Positions 1-10,153 of a DNA stretch of 64,000 nucleotides are shown here, one piece after another. The translations under genes and the position numbers were made by a program. Origin of the DNA: an uncultured virus (IMG/VR IMGVR_UViG_3300034082_000804) (lineage: Duplodnaviria; Heunggongvirae; Uroviricota; Caudoviricetes); IMG/VR virus record IMGVR_UViG_3300034082_000804, positions 1 to 64,000 of that record; one strand, 5' to 3'. Positions within the stretch are counted from its first letter, which is position 1, and each line of letters begins with the position of its first letter. Under the pieces are notes generated by a model, which worked only from the letters and a program-made list of their open reading frames with translations, was not told where the DNA came from and did not search any database.

Positions 1-881
1 CCAGTTAAATAACCTTGTATTTTTGCGCTTGGCGGTGTTGTTCCTGCGGTAGTATCTTGAACGCTATCGCTAGTGTCTTCGGTAAGGGTACTAGCATCTA
101 GTGGCCCCGGATCACCCGGAAACCCATTTTCTGTTACTGGAGCAGTATACATCCAGCTGGTATCGTATCCACTGGCAGGCAAATCAACTTCAGCACGATC
201 AACAATAGCATCGTTTATCTCTAATAGTTTGTTTAATGTACTGTTTAGTTGACCTAAACTAGTATCCGGAATGCCGTCACCGTCGGTATCGATATCAACA
301 CGATTAATAATGTCTTTGAATTCTTGACTATCTACCATTGGTGCTAGTTTAATGCGCCATAGGTGCGGATACCAAGTTGGGGCAAAGCCTTCTGCCGCAC
401 GTGTAGCATCTTGTACTACATAGTAACGCTTAAGCGCACCACTTAACCCTTCGTCTAACGCATAATAGTCTTTAAGATGCGGCAATTCTAACACATCACC
501 AACCATTACCTTGCGGCCCATCGAATCGACCATGTCGTTCAGGTGTAAGGTCATGAATATAGTGTCACCGGTTAAGAATAACCCAAATTGCTGTAGGTCA
601 AAATCGTTATCATTAACACGATAGATAGCACGCATTTTATAGATATCTGCGTCATATTTGCGATCACGGTTTTCTAAGAACAGTAGGTCTTGAATATTTT
701 TAGCACTGTCGCTGGCATATCCAGGTTCAGTTGCGCTGATAGCAACATTACCTGTGTTAGGGCCAAGGTACTTGTGTACGTATACATCAGTACCACCTAC
801 AGTGAACATTTCACTAATTCGACGATCAAAGAACCTGTAATCGTTACCTTTGTTCTCGCGCCATAAACTTAAACGTGGCAT
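1..881 (-). CDS. Neck/head-tail adaptor protein, T4 gp14-like (runs off the window start)
   Basis: Not in the ORF track. Minus-strand ATG at 881 reads MPRLSLWRENKGNDYRFFDRRISEMFTVGGTDVYVHKYLGP...; TAAATA late motif on the minus strand at 903-908; close to the gp13-like gene. Confidence 0.6.
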   Translation of the reverse strand, partial: MPRLSLWRENKGNDYRFFDRRISEMFTVGGTDVYVHKYLGPNTGNVAISATEPGYASDSAKNIQDLLFLENRDRKYDADIYKMRAIYRVNDNDFDLQQFGLFLTGDTIFMTLHLNDMVDSMGRKVMVGDVLELPHLKDYYALDEGLSGALKRYYVVQDATRAAEGFAPTWYPHLWRIKLAPMVDSQEFKDIINRVDIDTDGDGIPDTSLGQLNSTLNKLLEINDAIVDRAEVDLPASGYDTSWMYTAPVTENGFPGDPGPLDASTLTEDTSDSVQDTTAGTTPPSAKIQGYLT

Positions 882-914
882 TTAACATTCCTAATTATCT
901 AGTATTTATCGTCA

Positions 915-943
915 TTGACAAGCTAGCCAAATGATGTTATAAT
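915..943 (+). promoter_or_regulatory. Sigma70-type early promoter
   Basis: TTGACA (915-920), 17 bp, TATAAT (938-943). Confidence 0.85.
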
Positions 944-952
944 ACTAAAACT

Positions 953-1222
953 ATGAGATACCAAATACAGACTAGTTTAGATTGGCCAGCTACTCAAACA
1001 GCACTTGAAGCAACCATACACAAAATGAACAAGTATACTAATGATCTATGGAACATTAGTCATAATATTGGTTTAATGGTTAAAGACCTAAGTAAAGAAG
1101 AAATAAACTGTCGTAGATATCAAAAACAAACACGTGTCCATAAAGAAATGCTAGATAAGATTAATGAAGAGATAGCATCTTATGATAGAATGCTAACATT
1201 TGCGGTATTACTAGCTGGTTGA
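953..1222 (+). CDS. Hypothetical protein
   Basis: 89-aa ORF directly after a consensus promoter. Confidence 0.6.
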   Translation: MRYQIQTSLDWPATQTALEATIHKMNKYTNDLWNISHNIGLMVKDLSKEEINCRRYQKQTRVHKEMLDKINEEIASYDRMLTFAVLLAG

Positions 1223-1247
1223 CTTTTAATAGAAAGGGCTATATAAT
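1219..1247 (+). promoter_or_regulatory. Sigma70-type promoter
   Basis: TTGACT (1219-1224), 17 bp, TATAAT (1242-1247). Confidence 0.7.
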
Positions 1248-1254
1248 GTTAATT

Positions 1255-1434
1255 ATGACAATAGAAGAAGCATACGCAGAAGTACAAGGGTTTGGAGAAA
1301 TGAGTGGTGTTCGCAATCTGTGGGCGGCACTTAAGGCAATCGAAACTGAATGGGATGATATAGACACCCACACAAAAACAGCCTATAAAATGGTCAAGCG
1401 AGAATTAGAAAAGGAAATAGCAAATGGCAATTAA
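1255..1434 (+). CDS. Hypothetical protein
   Basis: Track ORF 1219-1434; start moved to ATG 1255 because the upstream part overlaps the promoter. Confidence 0.55.
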   Translation: MTIEEAYAEVQGFGEMSGVRNLWAALKAIETEWDDIDTHTKTAYKMVKRELEKEIANGN

Positions 1435-2614
1435 AATTGATGGAGCAAAGAAAAAAACAAAAGTAACACGTGATCCAATTTTTGCTGATGAAAAAGCAGT
1501 GGGTAGTGAACCAGTATGGGATACCGAACGTGCTCTTAAAATGGATGACGTTGATTTTGACCATCACATGCGTGTGAGCTTGCGCTATTACAACTATTTC
1601 TATTCTAGCAAAGAGCTTAAAAAATACTTAGTTGATTGGTTAAAGCAGACAGCGGGTGTTGCACACAAATTAGATGCTGTAACTATTACACGTTTTGCTA
1701 AAAGCACAGATGGATATACTCCGTTAACTGCTCCTGCGCTGATTAAAGCACACAGTAAAGGTATGCCGTTGCGTGAGCGAGAAATTAAGTATATTATTGG
1801 CGTTGTTCATAAAACATTAGAAATGGATGCTGGCGAAGAAAAGATTGCTGAAATAGTAGAAAAATCCAATGCTACAGTAGTTAAGGTTCCTACTATTCAA
1901 GACCGTATGAACGAAATTATGCGTACTCATATCCTACACTTTGAAGAGTTGGAAGATAGTCTATACGAAGGTGCCACGGTAGACCCAAAAGCCTACGAAT
2001 ACCTATCAGGCAAAAGCGTACCACAGGCTATGTTAGGCAAGATACAGGCAGTGTTTGAACGTCGCTATGCTGAAATCGTAGAAGCCAAGACTACAGATGA
2101 CGAAGATCTTAAAGAAGCATACAGCTATATGAAGTCAGCAGACTACAAACGCTACGATGCTTTCTATACAAAACTGTTTGATGGCATCGCCCAATACGGG
2201 CAGGTTAAGAAAGCAACTAAGAAAGCAAGTGTGCGTAAACCACCACAAAAAGAGAAGTTGGTTGCTAAACTTAAGTATCAAAAGAATGATACAACTAATA
2301 AACTCGTTTCGGTTAGTCCTGTAGATATCATCGGAGCACAAGAGCTTTGGGTCTATAACACCAAAACACGTAAGCTAGGTAAGTATGTAGCAGAAGAAAT
2401 GGGTGGCGCACTTGGTGTTAAGGGTACTGCTATAACAGGTTTTAACGAGTCTAAGAGCGTACAAAAAACTCTCCGCAAGCCAGAGCTACAGTTAAAAGAC
2501 TTTTTAAGTGCCGGCAAGATTGAGCTACGTAAGTTTATGGATAATATCAAAGCAACTGATATCAAACTTAATGGCCGTATTAACGTAGACACTATCCTAC
2601 TTAAAGTAGCATAA
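1424..2614 (+). CDS. Hypothetical phage protein
   Basis: 396-aa ORF with an AAGGA SD; no recognisable motif. Confidence 0.75.
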   Translation: MAIKIDGAKKKTKVTRDPIFADEKAVGSEPVWDTERALKMDDVDFDHHMRVSLRYYNYFYSSKELKKYLVDWLKQTAGVAHKLDAVTITRFAKSTDGYTPLTAPALIKAHSKGMPLREREIKYIIGVVHKTLEMDAGEEKIAEIVEKSNATVVKVPTIQDRMNEIMRTHILHFEELEDSLYEGATVDPKAYEYLSGKSVPQAMLGKIQAVFERRYAEIVEAKTTDDEDLKEAYSYMKSADYKRYDAFYTKLFDGIAQYGQVKKATKKASVRKPPQKEKLVAKLKYQKNDTTNKLVSVSPVDIIGAQELWVYNTKTRKLGKYVAEEMGGALGVKGTAITGFNESKSVQKTLRKPELQLKDFLSAGKIELRKFMDNIKATDIKLNGRINVDTILLKVA

Positions 2615-2617
2615 ACA

Positions 2618-2663
2618 AAATTATCCTGTTATTGATAATAAATACACGATAACAGGATAATTT
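2618..2663 (+). promoter_or_regulatory. RBS-sequestering hairpin with a late promoter motif in the loop
   Basis: 17-bp inverted repeat 2618-2634/2647-2663 (one G-U); TAAATA at 2639-2644; AGGA SD at 2654-2657. Confidence 0.7.
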
Positions 2664-2665
2664 AA

Positions 2666-3568
2666 ATGGCAACAGCTACCGGAAATCTAAACTCTCGTCT
2701 AAGTATTACTACAGACAATCTATTCAATGCCAACACAGGTACAGGTGCCGGGCATATTGACTTTAGCAGTGCTAGCATACAGGATGAACTAGCTACACTT
2801 GATCATCAACGTAACGACATTATTGACTATGTACGCCTACGATTAGGTGACGGAATGGTCGATGTTGAAGCAGACAAAGAGCATTTTGACATGGGCATCA
2901 AACAAGCCCTTATTCGTTATCGTCAGCGTAGTTCAAATAGCGTAGAAGAAAGCTATGCGTTCTTAGAATTATATCCAGAAACGCAAGAATATATATTGCC
3001 AAGAGAGATTATGAATATTCGAGCGGTCTATCGTCGAGGTATTGGTAGCGTGTCTGGTACTACTGCTAGTCAATTCGAACCATTTGCTAGTGGGTATTTA
3101 AACACCTACATGTTAGTAGCTGGTCGTGTTGGCGGACTAGTGAACTATGAATTGTTTACTGGATACCAAGAACTAGCTATGAAGATGTTTGGTGGGTATG
3201 TTAATTACCATTGGAACAAAACTACACATAAGCTAACACTTGTGCGTAAGATGCCATATCAAGGACCTACATACAGTGAAGATTGGAATGAAGGCGTTCT
3301 ATTACACATAGACAACTACAAACCAGACGCAATGTTATTAAATGATCATACAGCATTTCCGTGGATCCAAGATTACGCATTGGCATTGGTTATGATCAGT
3401 GTCGGCCAAGCACGTGAAAAATTTGCTAGTATTGCTGGCCCACAAGGCGGCACCACTCTTAACGGAACCCAACTTAAAACAGAGGGTCAAGCAATGCTTG
3501 ACAAGTTAGACGAAGATATTAGAAATTACGTCGATGGCGGAATGCCAATGACATGGATAACTGGATAA
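2666..3568 (+). CDS. Neck protein, T4 gp13-like
   Basis: IIDYVRLRLGDGMVDVE N-terminal segment and GPQGGTTLNG...G C-terminus resemble gp13-type adaptors; structural gene context. Confidence 0.7.
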   Translation: MATATGNLNSRLSITTDNLFNANTGTGAGHIDFSSASIQDELATLDHQRNDIIDYVRLRLGDGMVDVEADKEHFDMGIKQALIRYRQRSSNSVEESYAFLELYPETQEYILPREIMNIRAVYRRGIGSVSGTTASQFEPFASGYLNTYMLVAGRVGGLVNYELFTGYQELAMKMFGGYVNYHWNKTTHKLTLVRKMPYQGPTYSEDWNEGVLLHIDNYKPDAMLLNDHTAFPWIQDYALALVMISVGQAREKFASIAGPQGGTTLNGTQLKTEGQAMLDKLDEDIRNYVDGGMPMTWITG

Positions 3569-3629
3569 CCAAACTGCTAGACCTAATAGCTTAACTGTAT
3601 TACAATAGTATATCAATTAGGAGTTTTCA

Positions 3630-4292
3630 ATGAGTTCTATCATCGCCATCTGCGGCTTTATGGGTTCCGGCAAGGACACCATAGCCGATTATCTAGTTAA
3701 TTTCCACGGTTACAAAAGAGAAAGTTTTGCCAACAGCCTTAAAGATGCTGTAAGCGTAGTGTTTGGTTGGGACCGTGAACTGCTAGAAGGTCGAACTAAA
3801 CAAAGCCGTGAATGGCGCGAAACTCGAGACGAGTGGTGGAGTAAACGCCTAAAGCAGGATATTACTCCTCGCTGGGTTCTACAGTACTGGGGCACTGAAG
3901 TAGTACGTAGAGGATTCCATAACGACATGTGGGTGGCTAGTCTGGAGAATAGACTGTTACACAGCAAAGACGATATTGTTATTACTGACTGTCGTTTTCC
4001 AAACGAAATTAAAGCCCTAAAAAATATAGGCGCCAAAGTACTCAGAGTTAAACGCGGCCCTGAGCCAGAATGGTACGAGCATGCTAAGAACTACAACAAA
4101 GGTCAGAAACGTATTGGGTGGGCATTAGGCAAACACGCATTAGACGAAGCCAACGTTCATGCTAGTGAATATAGTTGGGTAGGTAGTAAGTTTGATAAAG
4201 TTATTACTAACGATACTACCATTGAGGACTTGTACGAACAAGTAGAGGAACTATTAAAAGTCGGGGACGAGATCGCCCTGACGCCAGCCTAG
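3630..4292 (+). CDS. Deoxynucleoside monophosphate kinase (T4 gp1-like)
   Basis: P-loop GFMGSGKDT, TPRWVLQYWGTE, ITDCRFPNE, HASE motifs. Confidence 0.85.
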   Translation: MSSIIAICGFMGSGKDTIADYLVNFHGYKRESFANSLKDAVSVVFGWDRELLEGRTKQSREWRETRDEWWSKRLKQDITPRWVLQYWGTEVVRRGFHNDMWVASLENRLLHSKDDIVITDCRFPNEIKALKNIGAKVLRVKRGPEPEWYEHAKNYNKGQKRIGWALGKHALDEANVHASEYSWVGSKFDKVITNDTTIEDLYEQVEELLKVGDEIALTPA

Positions 4293-4604
4293 TCCTTCTT
4301 TAGCAACTTCAATTTGACAGTTGGCGCAGACTGTTTTTAGATTAGATAAGTTAGTATTGTTTAAATTGCCATCGACGTGAAATACAAATGATTGTTCTTT
4401 GTACTTAAACTTAAAGCCACACTTTTCACAGTGTGGTTTTTTCTTATATCCTACTGCTAGCCATTTTGGTTTTGGCACAGGGATATTTTTCTTTTTTCTA
4501 ATACAACTGTCGCAACGAGTCCTATAATACGTTTTTCCTTCACGTTTATAGTTGACAGCTACGGGCTTTTTGCCGCACACAGAACATAAATTTCGCCATT
4601 GCAT
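4254..4604 (-). CDS. Zn-finger/HNH-like protein
   Basis: CxxC pairs and HVDGNLNN...NLKTVCANC. Start taken at ATG 4604, 5 nt after TATAAATA on the minus strand (4610-4617). Confidence 0.65.
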   Translation of the reverse strand: MQWRNLCSVCGKKPVAVNYKREGKTYYRTRCDSCIRKKKNIPVPKPKWLAVGYKKKPHCEKCGFKFKYKEQSFVFHVDGNLNNTNLSNLKTVCANCQIEVAKEGLGWRQGDLVPDF

Positions 4605-4663
4605 ACAGTTATTTATATGAACCTTTAAAAGGGCGGCATAACCAACCAAAAATTAAAATAACT

Positions 4664-4671
4664 TATAAATA
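4664..4671 (+). promoter_or_regulatory. T4-type late promoter (TATAAATA)
   Basis: Exact T4 late consensus upstream of the sheath gene. The TAA(A/G)TA core also occurs at 7966, 8660, 10583, 11105, 14478, 16110, 18234, 21774, 28999, 30427, 38382, 44804, 49379, 53534 and 61782. Confidence 0.7.
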
Positions 4672-4703
4672 GTTTAAAGTAACCTAATTAGAGGAACAAT
4701 ACT

Positions 4704-7700
4704 ATGGCACTAATTTCACCAGGAGTACAGGTAACGGTAATTGATGAAAGTCAATATACTCCAACAGCGGCAGGCACAGTTGCTTATGTTTTACTTGCTA
4801 CTGCTCAAGATAAAGATACACCGGGCGGCGATCTAGCATCCTACACAACACTAGCTACTGCTGGTAAATTACAAAAAATTACCAGTCAACGCGATTTAGT
4901 GTTGAAATATGGTACACCAACATTCCAAGTTGATGCATCAGACAACCCAATACATGGCGACGAGCGTAACGAGTACGGCTTGTTAGCGGCTTACAGCGCA
5001 TTGGGCGTTTCAAATCAAATTTATATCCAACGTGCAAACGTTGACCTAGCACAGTTAGAAGGAACAACAATCCGCCCAACTGGCACTCCGACTGATGGAA
5101 CATATTGGTTAGATTTAGGTGCTACTAGTGCTGGTATATACGAATTTAACACAGCAAGAACAGGATTTACTCTACAATCAACTCGCGTAATTACTAGTGC
5201 GGATGATGTAGATGGTACTACTCCTAAATCTTCAATTGGTGCGATCGGTGAATATGCTGTAGTTGCTAGAAACACCAACAACCCAATATACCAAAAAGGT
5301 TATTTAAATAGATGGAATTTAGTAGGCACTGAAGAATGGGAAAGTAACGTTGTTACATTAACCGGTACAGTATCTAATCCAACTAATTTAAGCGTTGGAG
5401 ATAAACTAGTTATCAACGGTGCTAATATTACACTTATTGGTACTACAGTAGCAAACGTAGCACAACAAATTAGTTCATCTGGTATTGCTGGCGTAAAAGC
5501 TACAGTAAATAGCGTTGGTCAAATTGAAATTCGTATTGATCGTAACTCAGAAAGCAACGGCACTACAGCCGATGGTGAAGTAACTATTGCTAAAGGAACT
5601 ACAATTGGCGGAGTTGATGCTGCGGCTAAACTAGGTTTACTTACATCTAATACACAGACATTTAACGGTCCAACAATCCAATTTAGTGACTATCGTAATA
5701 TCCCAGCATGGAGAGAAAGCGATGCTCCAAATACACGCCCGGCAGGTTCTGTATGGTTTAAAACATCAGCAACCGGCAACGGTGCTAATTTTGGTATCAA
5801 ACGCTACAGTTCAGCATTAGCTTCATGGGAAACATTAAGTGCTCCATTATATGCTAATGATAATGCCGCAATTTACGGATTAGATCCAAATGGTGGTGGT
5901 GGCACATTAGAAGCTGGTTTTATCTATGTAGAGTATGATGTTAATACTGGCACATTCATGGACAATGCTGAAGGTACATTTAAACTACGTAGAAAAAATA
6001 CCGCTGGTATTTTTAAAATTACAGGTCAAGATATTACTCCATCATTTACTCCAACTGAAACATTTGTAATTGAAGTAAGTGTAGCAGGTAATATTACACC
6101 ACAATCAGCAACAATCACAATGAGCGGTTCAACTGCTTCATCATTCGTAGCTGATATTTTAAGTGCTAATTTAAGAGATGTTATTGCTACTGTTGAATCA
6201 AGCGGAGCAGTAAGCATTACACACCTAGCTGGTGGTACAATTAAATTATCAGAAGGTTCTGGTACTCCTATTAGTGATGCTGGTTTAAACACAGCACCAG
6301 GCGTAGAAGAAATTGATACAGACGTGTACTTTGCTAGTCCATTTAGAGATCTAGTTTATACACCATCAGTATCTGCTCCATACAGCAACCCAACTGATGG
6401 TACACTATGGTACTATAACAGCCCATTAGAAGTTGACATTATGATTCATGATGGCACAAATGGCTGGAAAGGATATAGACAAGTTGGTAGTGACGCTCGT
6501 GGTTATGATTTAACAGCAACAGATTCAGAAGGCCCAATCCTAAGTGCTACACAACCAACAACACAATCAGATGGTTCAAGCCCAGTAGTACCAGGCGAGC
6601 TATGGATTGACACAGGTGACTTAGAAAATTATCCAGTAATTCGTCGCTATGATGGCGCAACATGGGAATTAATTGATAATACTGATCAAATTAACGTTGA
6701 TGGTATTGTGTTTGCTGATGCCCGTTGGGACACTAGCGGTACAGTTAACCCAATTACAGCAGATGCTGTAGCTATCAGTACACTAGCATTAAGTGATTAT
6801 TTAGACCAAGATGCTCCTGATTACCAATTATATCCACGCGGTGCGTTATTGTTTAATACACGTCGTAGTGGTTACAATGTTAAACGTTTTGAAAGCACAT
6901 GGCATAAAGGCGCAAGCCCAGAGCCCACAGTAGTAAGCGCATGGGTTTCACATAGTGGTGTTGATAGCGATGCTGTTCCATACTTTGGACACAAAGCACA
7001 ACGCAACACTATCGTTGAAGCAATGAAATCTGCTATTGAATCAAGTACTGAGTTACGTGAAGAGCAAACAGAGTTTAACTTAATTGTTTGCCCAGGTTAC
7101 CCAGAACTAATTCAAAACATGATTACACTAAACAACGATCGCAAACAAACAGCGTTCATCATTGGTGATAGTCCATTAGATCTAAACAGTTCTAATATTG
7201 AACCTTGGATTAAAAATACTAACCTAGCATTAGACAACGGTCCTAAAGGTCTAGTAAGTAACAGTGAATATTTAGGTGTTTACTACCCAGCTGGATTTGG
7301 TACAGATTTAGGTGGTGAAAGCGTAGTAGTTCCAGCATCACACATGATGTTACGTACATACATCCGTAGTGATAATGTTAGTTACCCATGGTTTGCTCCT
7401 GCTGGTGTACGCCGTGGCGTTATTGATAACGTTAGCGCAATTGGTTATATTGACACTACAGAAAGCATTTTCCGTAGCATTGGTGTAACAGTTGGCCTAC
7501 GTGATGTACTATACGCAGACAGAGTTAACCCGCTAACAGTATTACCAGGTGTTGGTCTAGTAGCATACGGTCAAAAAACTCGTAGCCCAATGACAAGCGC
7601 AATGGATCGTGTTAACGTAGCACGTTTAATTTGCTACTTACGTTTAGTATTAGACAAAGTTGCTCGTCCGTTCATATTTGAACCAAATGATACAATTACT

Positions 7701-7916
7701 CGTAACCAAGTTAAATCATCATTTGAAGCAGTATTGAATGATGTAGTTGCTAAACGTGGTTTATACGACTACTTGGTAGTATGTGACGAAACAAACAATA
7801 CACCGGATCGTATTGATCGTAATGAATTGTATGTTGATATTGCTATTAAACCAGTCAAAGCAATTGAGTTCATCTATGTTCCAGTACGTATTAGAAGTAC
7901 AGGAGCCCAATTATAA
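4704..7916 (+). CDS. gp18: Contractile tail sheath protein (T4 gp18-like)
   Basis: N-terminal LISPGVQVTVIDES; C-terminal PWFAPAGVRRG, DRVNVARL, FEPND, CDETNNTPDRIDRNELYVDIAIKPVKAIEFIY. Confidence 0.95.
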   Translation: MALISPGVQVTVIDESQYTPTAAGTVAYVLLATAQDKDTPGGDLASYTTLATAGKLQKITSQRDLVLKYGTPTFQVDASDNPIHGDERNEYGLLAAYSALGVSNQIYIQRANVDLAQLEGTTIRPTGTPTDGTYWLDLGATSAGIYEFNTARTGFTLQSTRVITSADDVDGTTPKSSIGAIGEYAVVARNTNNPIYQKGYLNRWNLVGTEEWESNVVTLTGTVSNPTNLSVGDKLVINGANITLIGTTVANVAQQISSSGIAGVKATVNSVGQIEIRIDRNSESNGTTADGEVTIAKGTTIGGVDAAAKLGLLTSNTQTFNGPTIQFSDYRNIPAWRESDAPNTRPAGSVWFKTSATGNGANFGIKRYSSALASWETLSAPLYANDNAAIYGLDPNGGGGTLEAGFIYVEYDVNTGTFMDNAEGTFKLRRKNTAGIFKITGQDITPSFTPTETFVIEVSVAGNITPQSATITMSGSTASSFVADILSANLRDVIATVESSGAVSITHLAGGTIKLSEGSGTPISDAGLNTAPGVEEIDTDVYFASPFRDLVYTPSVSAPYSNPTDGTLWYYNSPLEVDIMIHDGTNGWKGYRQVGSDARGYDLTATDSEGPILSATQPTTQSDGSSPVVPGELWIDTGDLENYPVIRRYDGATWELIDNTDQINVDGIVFADARWDTSGTVNPITADAVAISTLALSDYLDQDAPDYQLYPRGALLFNTRRSGYNVKRFESTWHKGASPEPTVVSAWVSHSGVDSDAVPYFGHKAQRNTIVEAMKSAIESSTELREEQTEFNLIVCPGYPELIQNMITLNNDRKQTAFIIGDSPLDLNSSNIEPWIKNTNLALDNGPKGLVSNSEYLGVYYPAGFGTDLGGESVVVPASHMMLRTYIRSDNVSYPWFAPAGVRRGVIDNVSAIGYIDTTESIFRSIGVTVGLRDVLYADRVNPLTVLPGVGLVAYGQKTRSPMTSAMDRVNVARLICYLRLVLDKVARPFIFEPNDTITRNQVKSSFEAVLNDVVAKRGLYDYLVVCDETNNTPDRIDRNELYVDIAIKPVKAIEFIYVPVRIRSTGAQL

Positions 7917-7922
7917 CATAAG

Positions 7923-7949
7923 CTAGGGGAAGAAATTCCCCTAGATTTT
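7923..7949 (+). terminator. Stem-loop, probable terminator or processing site
   Basis: CTAGGGGAA-GAAA-TTCCCCTAG followed by ATTTT. Confidence 0.55.
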
Positions 7950-7989
7950 ATGAGACGAATTGGTATAAATATATAAAAGGAATAATAAA

Positions 7990-8607
7990 ATGGCAACAGC
8001 GTCATTAAGCAAATTTACAGTACCGTTAGCAACAGACCAAAGCGCATCAGCTCAAGGCCTGTTAATGCCAAAATTAAAGTTCCGCTTTCGCGTAACTTTT
8101 GAAAACTTTGGTGTAGATCCGGCTACTACAGAATTAACAAAACAAGTTATGAACTTTACTCGTCCTAAACTAAGTTTTGAAGAAATTATAATCCCTGTTT
8201 ACAACAGTAAGATCTACTTAGCAGGCAAACCAACATGGGAAACAGTTACCGTTACAATGCGCGATGACGCATCGGGCGGTGTTTCTAAACGTGTTGGCGA
8301 GCAAATGCAAAAACAATTCGACTTTATGGAACAATCAAGCGCATCAAGCGGCATTGACTATAAATTTATCACTAAACTAGAAGTATTGGATGGTGGTAAC
8401 GGAGCAAATCAAGTTAATGTTCTTGAAACTTGGGAACTATATGGTTGCTATATTAGTAATGCTGATTACGGCGATGCTGATTATAGTACAAATGATCCAA
8501 TGACTATTGCGTTAACAATCCGCTATGACAATGCTGTACAAACTCCAGAAGAAACAGGTATTGGTAGTACAGTAGCTAGAACGTTAGGTGTAACAACTAC
8601 TGGTTAA
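7990..8607 (+). CDS. gp19: Tail tube protein (T4 gp19-like)
   Basis: Follows the sheath; FRFRVTF, YLAGKPTWETVTVTMRDD, WELYGC, LTIRYDNA. Confidence 0.85.
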   Translation: MATASLSKFTVPLATDQSASAQGLLMPKLKFRFRVTFENFGVDPATTELTKQVMNFTRPKLSFEEIIIPVYNSKIYLAGKPTWETVTVTMRDDASGGVSKRVGEQMQKQFDFMEQSSASSGIDYKFITKLEVLDGGNGANQVNVLETWELYGCYISNADYGDADYSTNDPMTIALTIRYDNAVQTPEETGIGSTVARTLGVTTTG

Positions 8608-8624
8608 TCCAGATGACACAACTT

Positions 8625-8652
8625 AAAGCCCGGTTAAAATCCGGGCTTTTTT
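8625..8652 (+). terminator. Intrinsic terminator
   Basis: AAAGCCCGG-7 nt-CCGGGC followed by a T-tract. Confidence 0.85.
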
Positions 8653-8684
8653 ATCTCGATAAATAATGTAAATAGGTAAACATT

Positions 8685-9779
8685 ATGGCAGGGTTCTTTA
8701 ACCAATTTTTACAACAATTAGGTACAGGTGATGAAATTCACGACTGGCAACATGCCTCTCGTACCTTTGTTGATGGTCTATATAGATTAAGTCCTAAAAT
8801 TGGCACAATGTACCATGTGTTCATTGACCTTAATCCAACAGTAGCAACAGTAGATCAAAATAGTCAAATTGAAATTGGGCTAATGGCTAAAAGTGTAAAC
8901 TTACCTAAGTTTAGTGTACAAACTAAAACATTAAACGCCTACAACAGAAAGAACATAATACAAGAACGTATTAACTATGATCCAATTTCGCTAACATTCC
9001 ACGATGATAGCGCAGATGTAGTGCGTGAATTTTGGTACAACTATTACTCTTACTACTATAGAGATGCCGATCACGAAGAATCACTTTTCCATCAAGATCA
9101 CAAATATAAACAAAGACAAGAACAAACTTGGGGATATACTCCACAAGGCGGTAATAACACACCAACCTATATTAACGCTATAAGAATATACAGCCTACAT
9201 CAAAAGAGCTTTAGTTCTTATATATTGATGCGCCCAACTATTACTAACTTCCAACACGGCCAACACATAGCTGGCGAATACGATACTATGGAACATAGTA
9301 TGACTGTAGCATACGAAGCAGTACGCTACGAAACTGGTCCAGTAACCAATGGCACAGTACAAGGATTTAATGTAATACACTACGACAACCAAGCAAGCCC
9401 ACTGAGCAGTTTAGGTGGTGGCACCACAAGCATCTTAGGCCCAGGTGGTCTTATTGAAGGTATAGGCGATGTAACAACTAACCTAGCCAATGGCAATTTT
9501 GTACAGGCTGCCTTGGGTGGATTTAGAACAGCAAATAATTTTAAAAATACCAATTTGAAAAACGTAGCATCGGCAGAACTACAACAACTGGGTAAAAATA
9601 TATTGCGTGGCCAAAATCCATTGAGCACAGTTTTTGTTCCAACAGCCGCTGGTATTAATCAAGGTATTAGCAAGGCAATTAGCGCAATTCCGGGTGTTAA
9701 TAAGATTACCAATACAAACAATATTAATAGTCAAGATAATCAATTACCGTCAAGTAATCAAGGTATCACAAACGTATAA
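8685..9779 (+). CDS. Tail tube-related/baseplate tube initiator protein
   Basis: AKSVNLPKF...YDPISLTFHDD resembles tube-fold proteins; follows the tube gene. Confidence 0.55.
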   Translation: MAGFFNQFLQQLGTGDEIHDWQHASRTFVDGLYRLSPKIGTMYHVFIDLNPTVATVDQNSQIEIGLMAKSVNLPKFSVQTKTLNAYNRKNIIQERINYDPISLTFHDDSADVVREFWYNYYSYYYRDADHEESLFHQDHKYKQRQEQTWGYTPQGGNNTPTYINAIRIYSLHQKSFSSYILMRPTITNFQHGQHIAGEYDTMEHSMTVAYEAVRYETGPVTNGTVQGFNVIHYDNQASPLSSLGGGTTSILGPGGLIEGIGDVTTNLANGNFVQAALGGFRTANNFKNTNLKNVASAELQQLGKNILRGQNPLSTVFVPTAAGINQGISKAISAIPGVNKITNTNNINSQDNQLPSSNQGITNV

Positions 9780-9788
9780 GGAACAACT

Positions 9789-10151
9789 ATGGCTATCGGC
9801 AATTTACCACCAAGTTCAAGTTTAAATAACACAACTGAATACTTTAACAATTTCTTTTCACAAAATTATAATGTTAATCAAAACGTCAACGATGCGGTTG
9901 TTGGATACTTCCAGTCTGTAACTGGAGATAAATCTAGCGGCACATTACTAGCGGCGTCAGTTATCTATACTGCTCAAACACAGGGTATGGATATTATGTC
10001 GCTATTAGATGAATTCCGTAAACTAAAAACACAAGAACTTAGTGCGTACCTAGCAATGTTGTTAAACTTTAATAGAGTAGAAACTAGTCTATTAGGCATT
10101 AGCAACAGTCCACCTATTAACAAATACATTCAACGAGCAATTCTAGCGTAA
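9789..10151 (+). CDS. Hypothetical protein, probably virion-associated
   Basis: 120-aa ORF with SD in a structural operon. Confidence 0.6.
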   Translation: MAIGNLPPSSSLNNTTEYFNNFFSQNYNVNQNVNDAVVGYFQSVTGDKSSGTLLAASVIYTAQTQGMDIMSLLDEFRKLKTQELSAYLAMLLNFNRVETSLLGISNSPPINKYIQRAILA

Positions 10152-10153
10152 TT

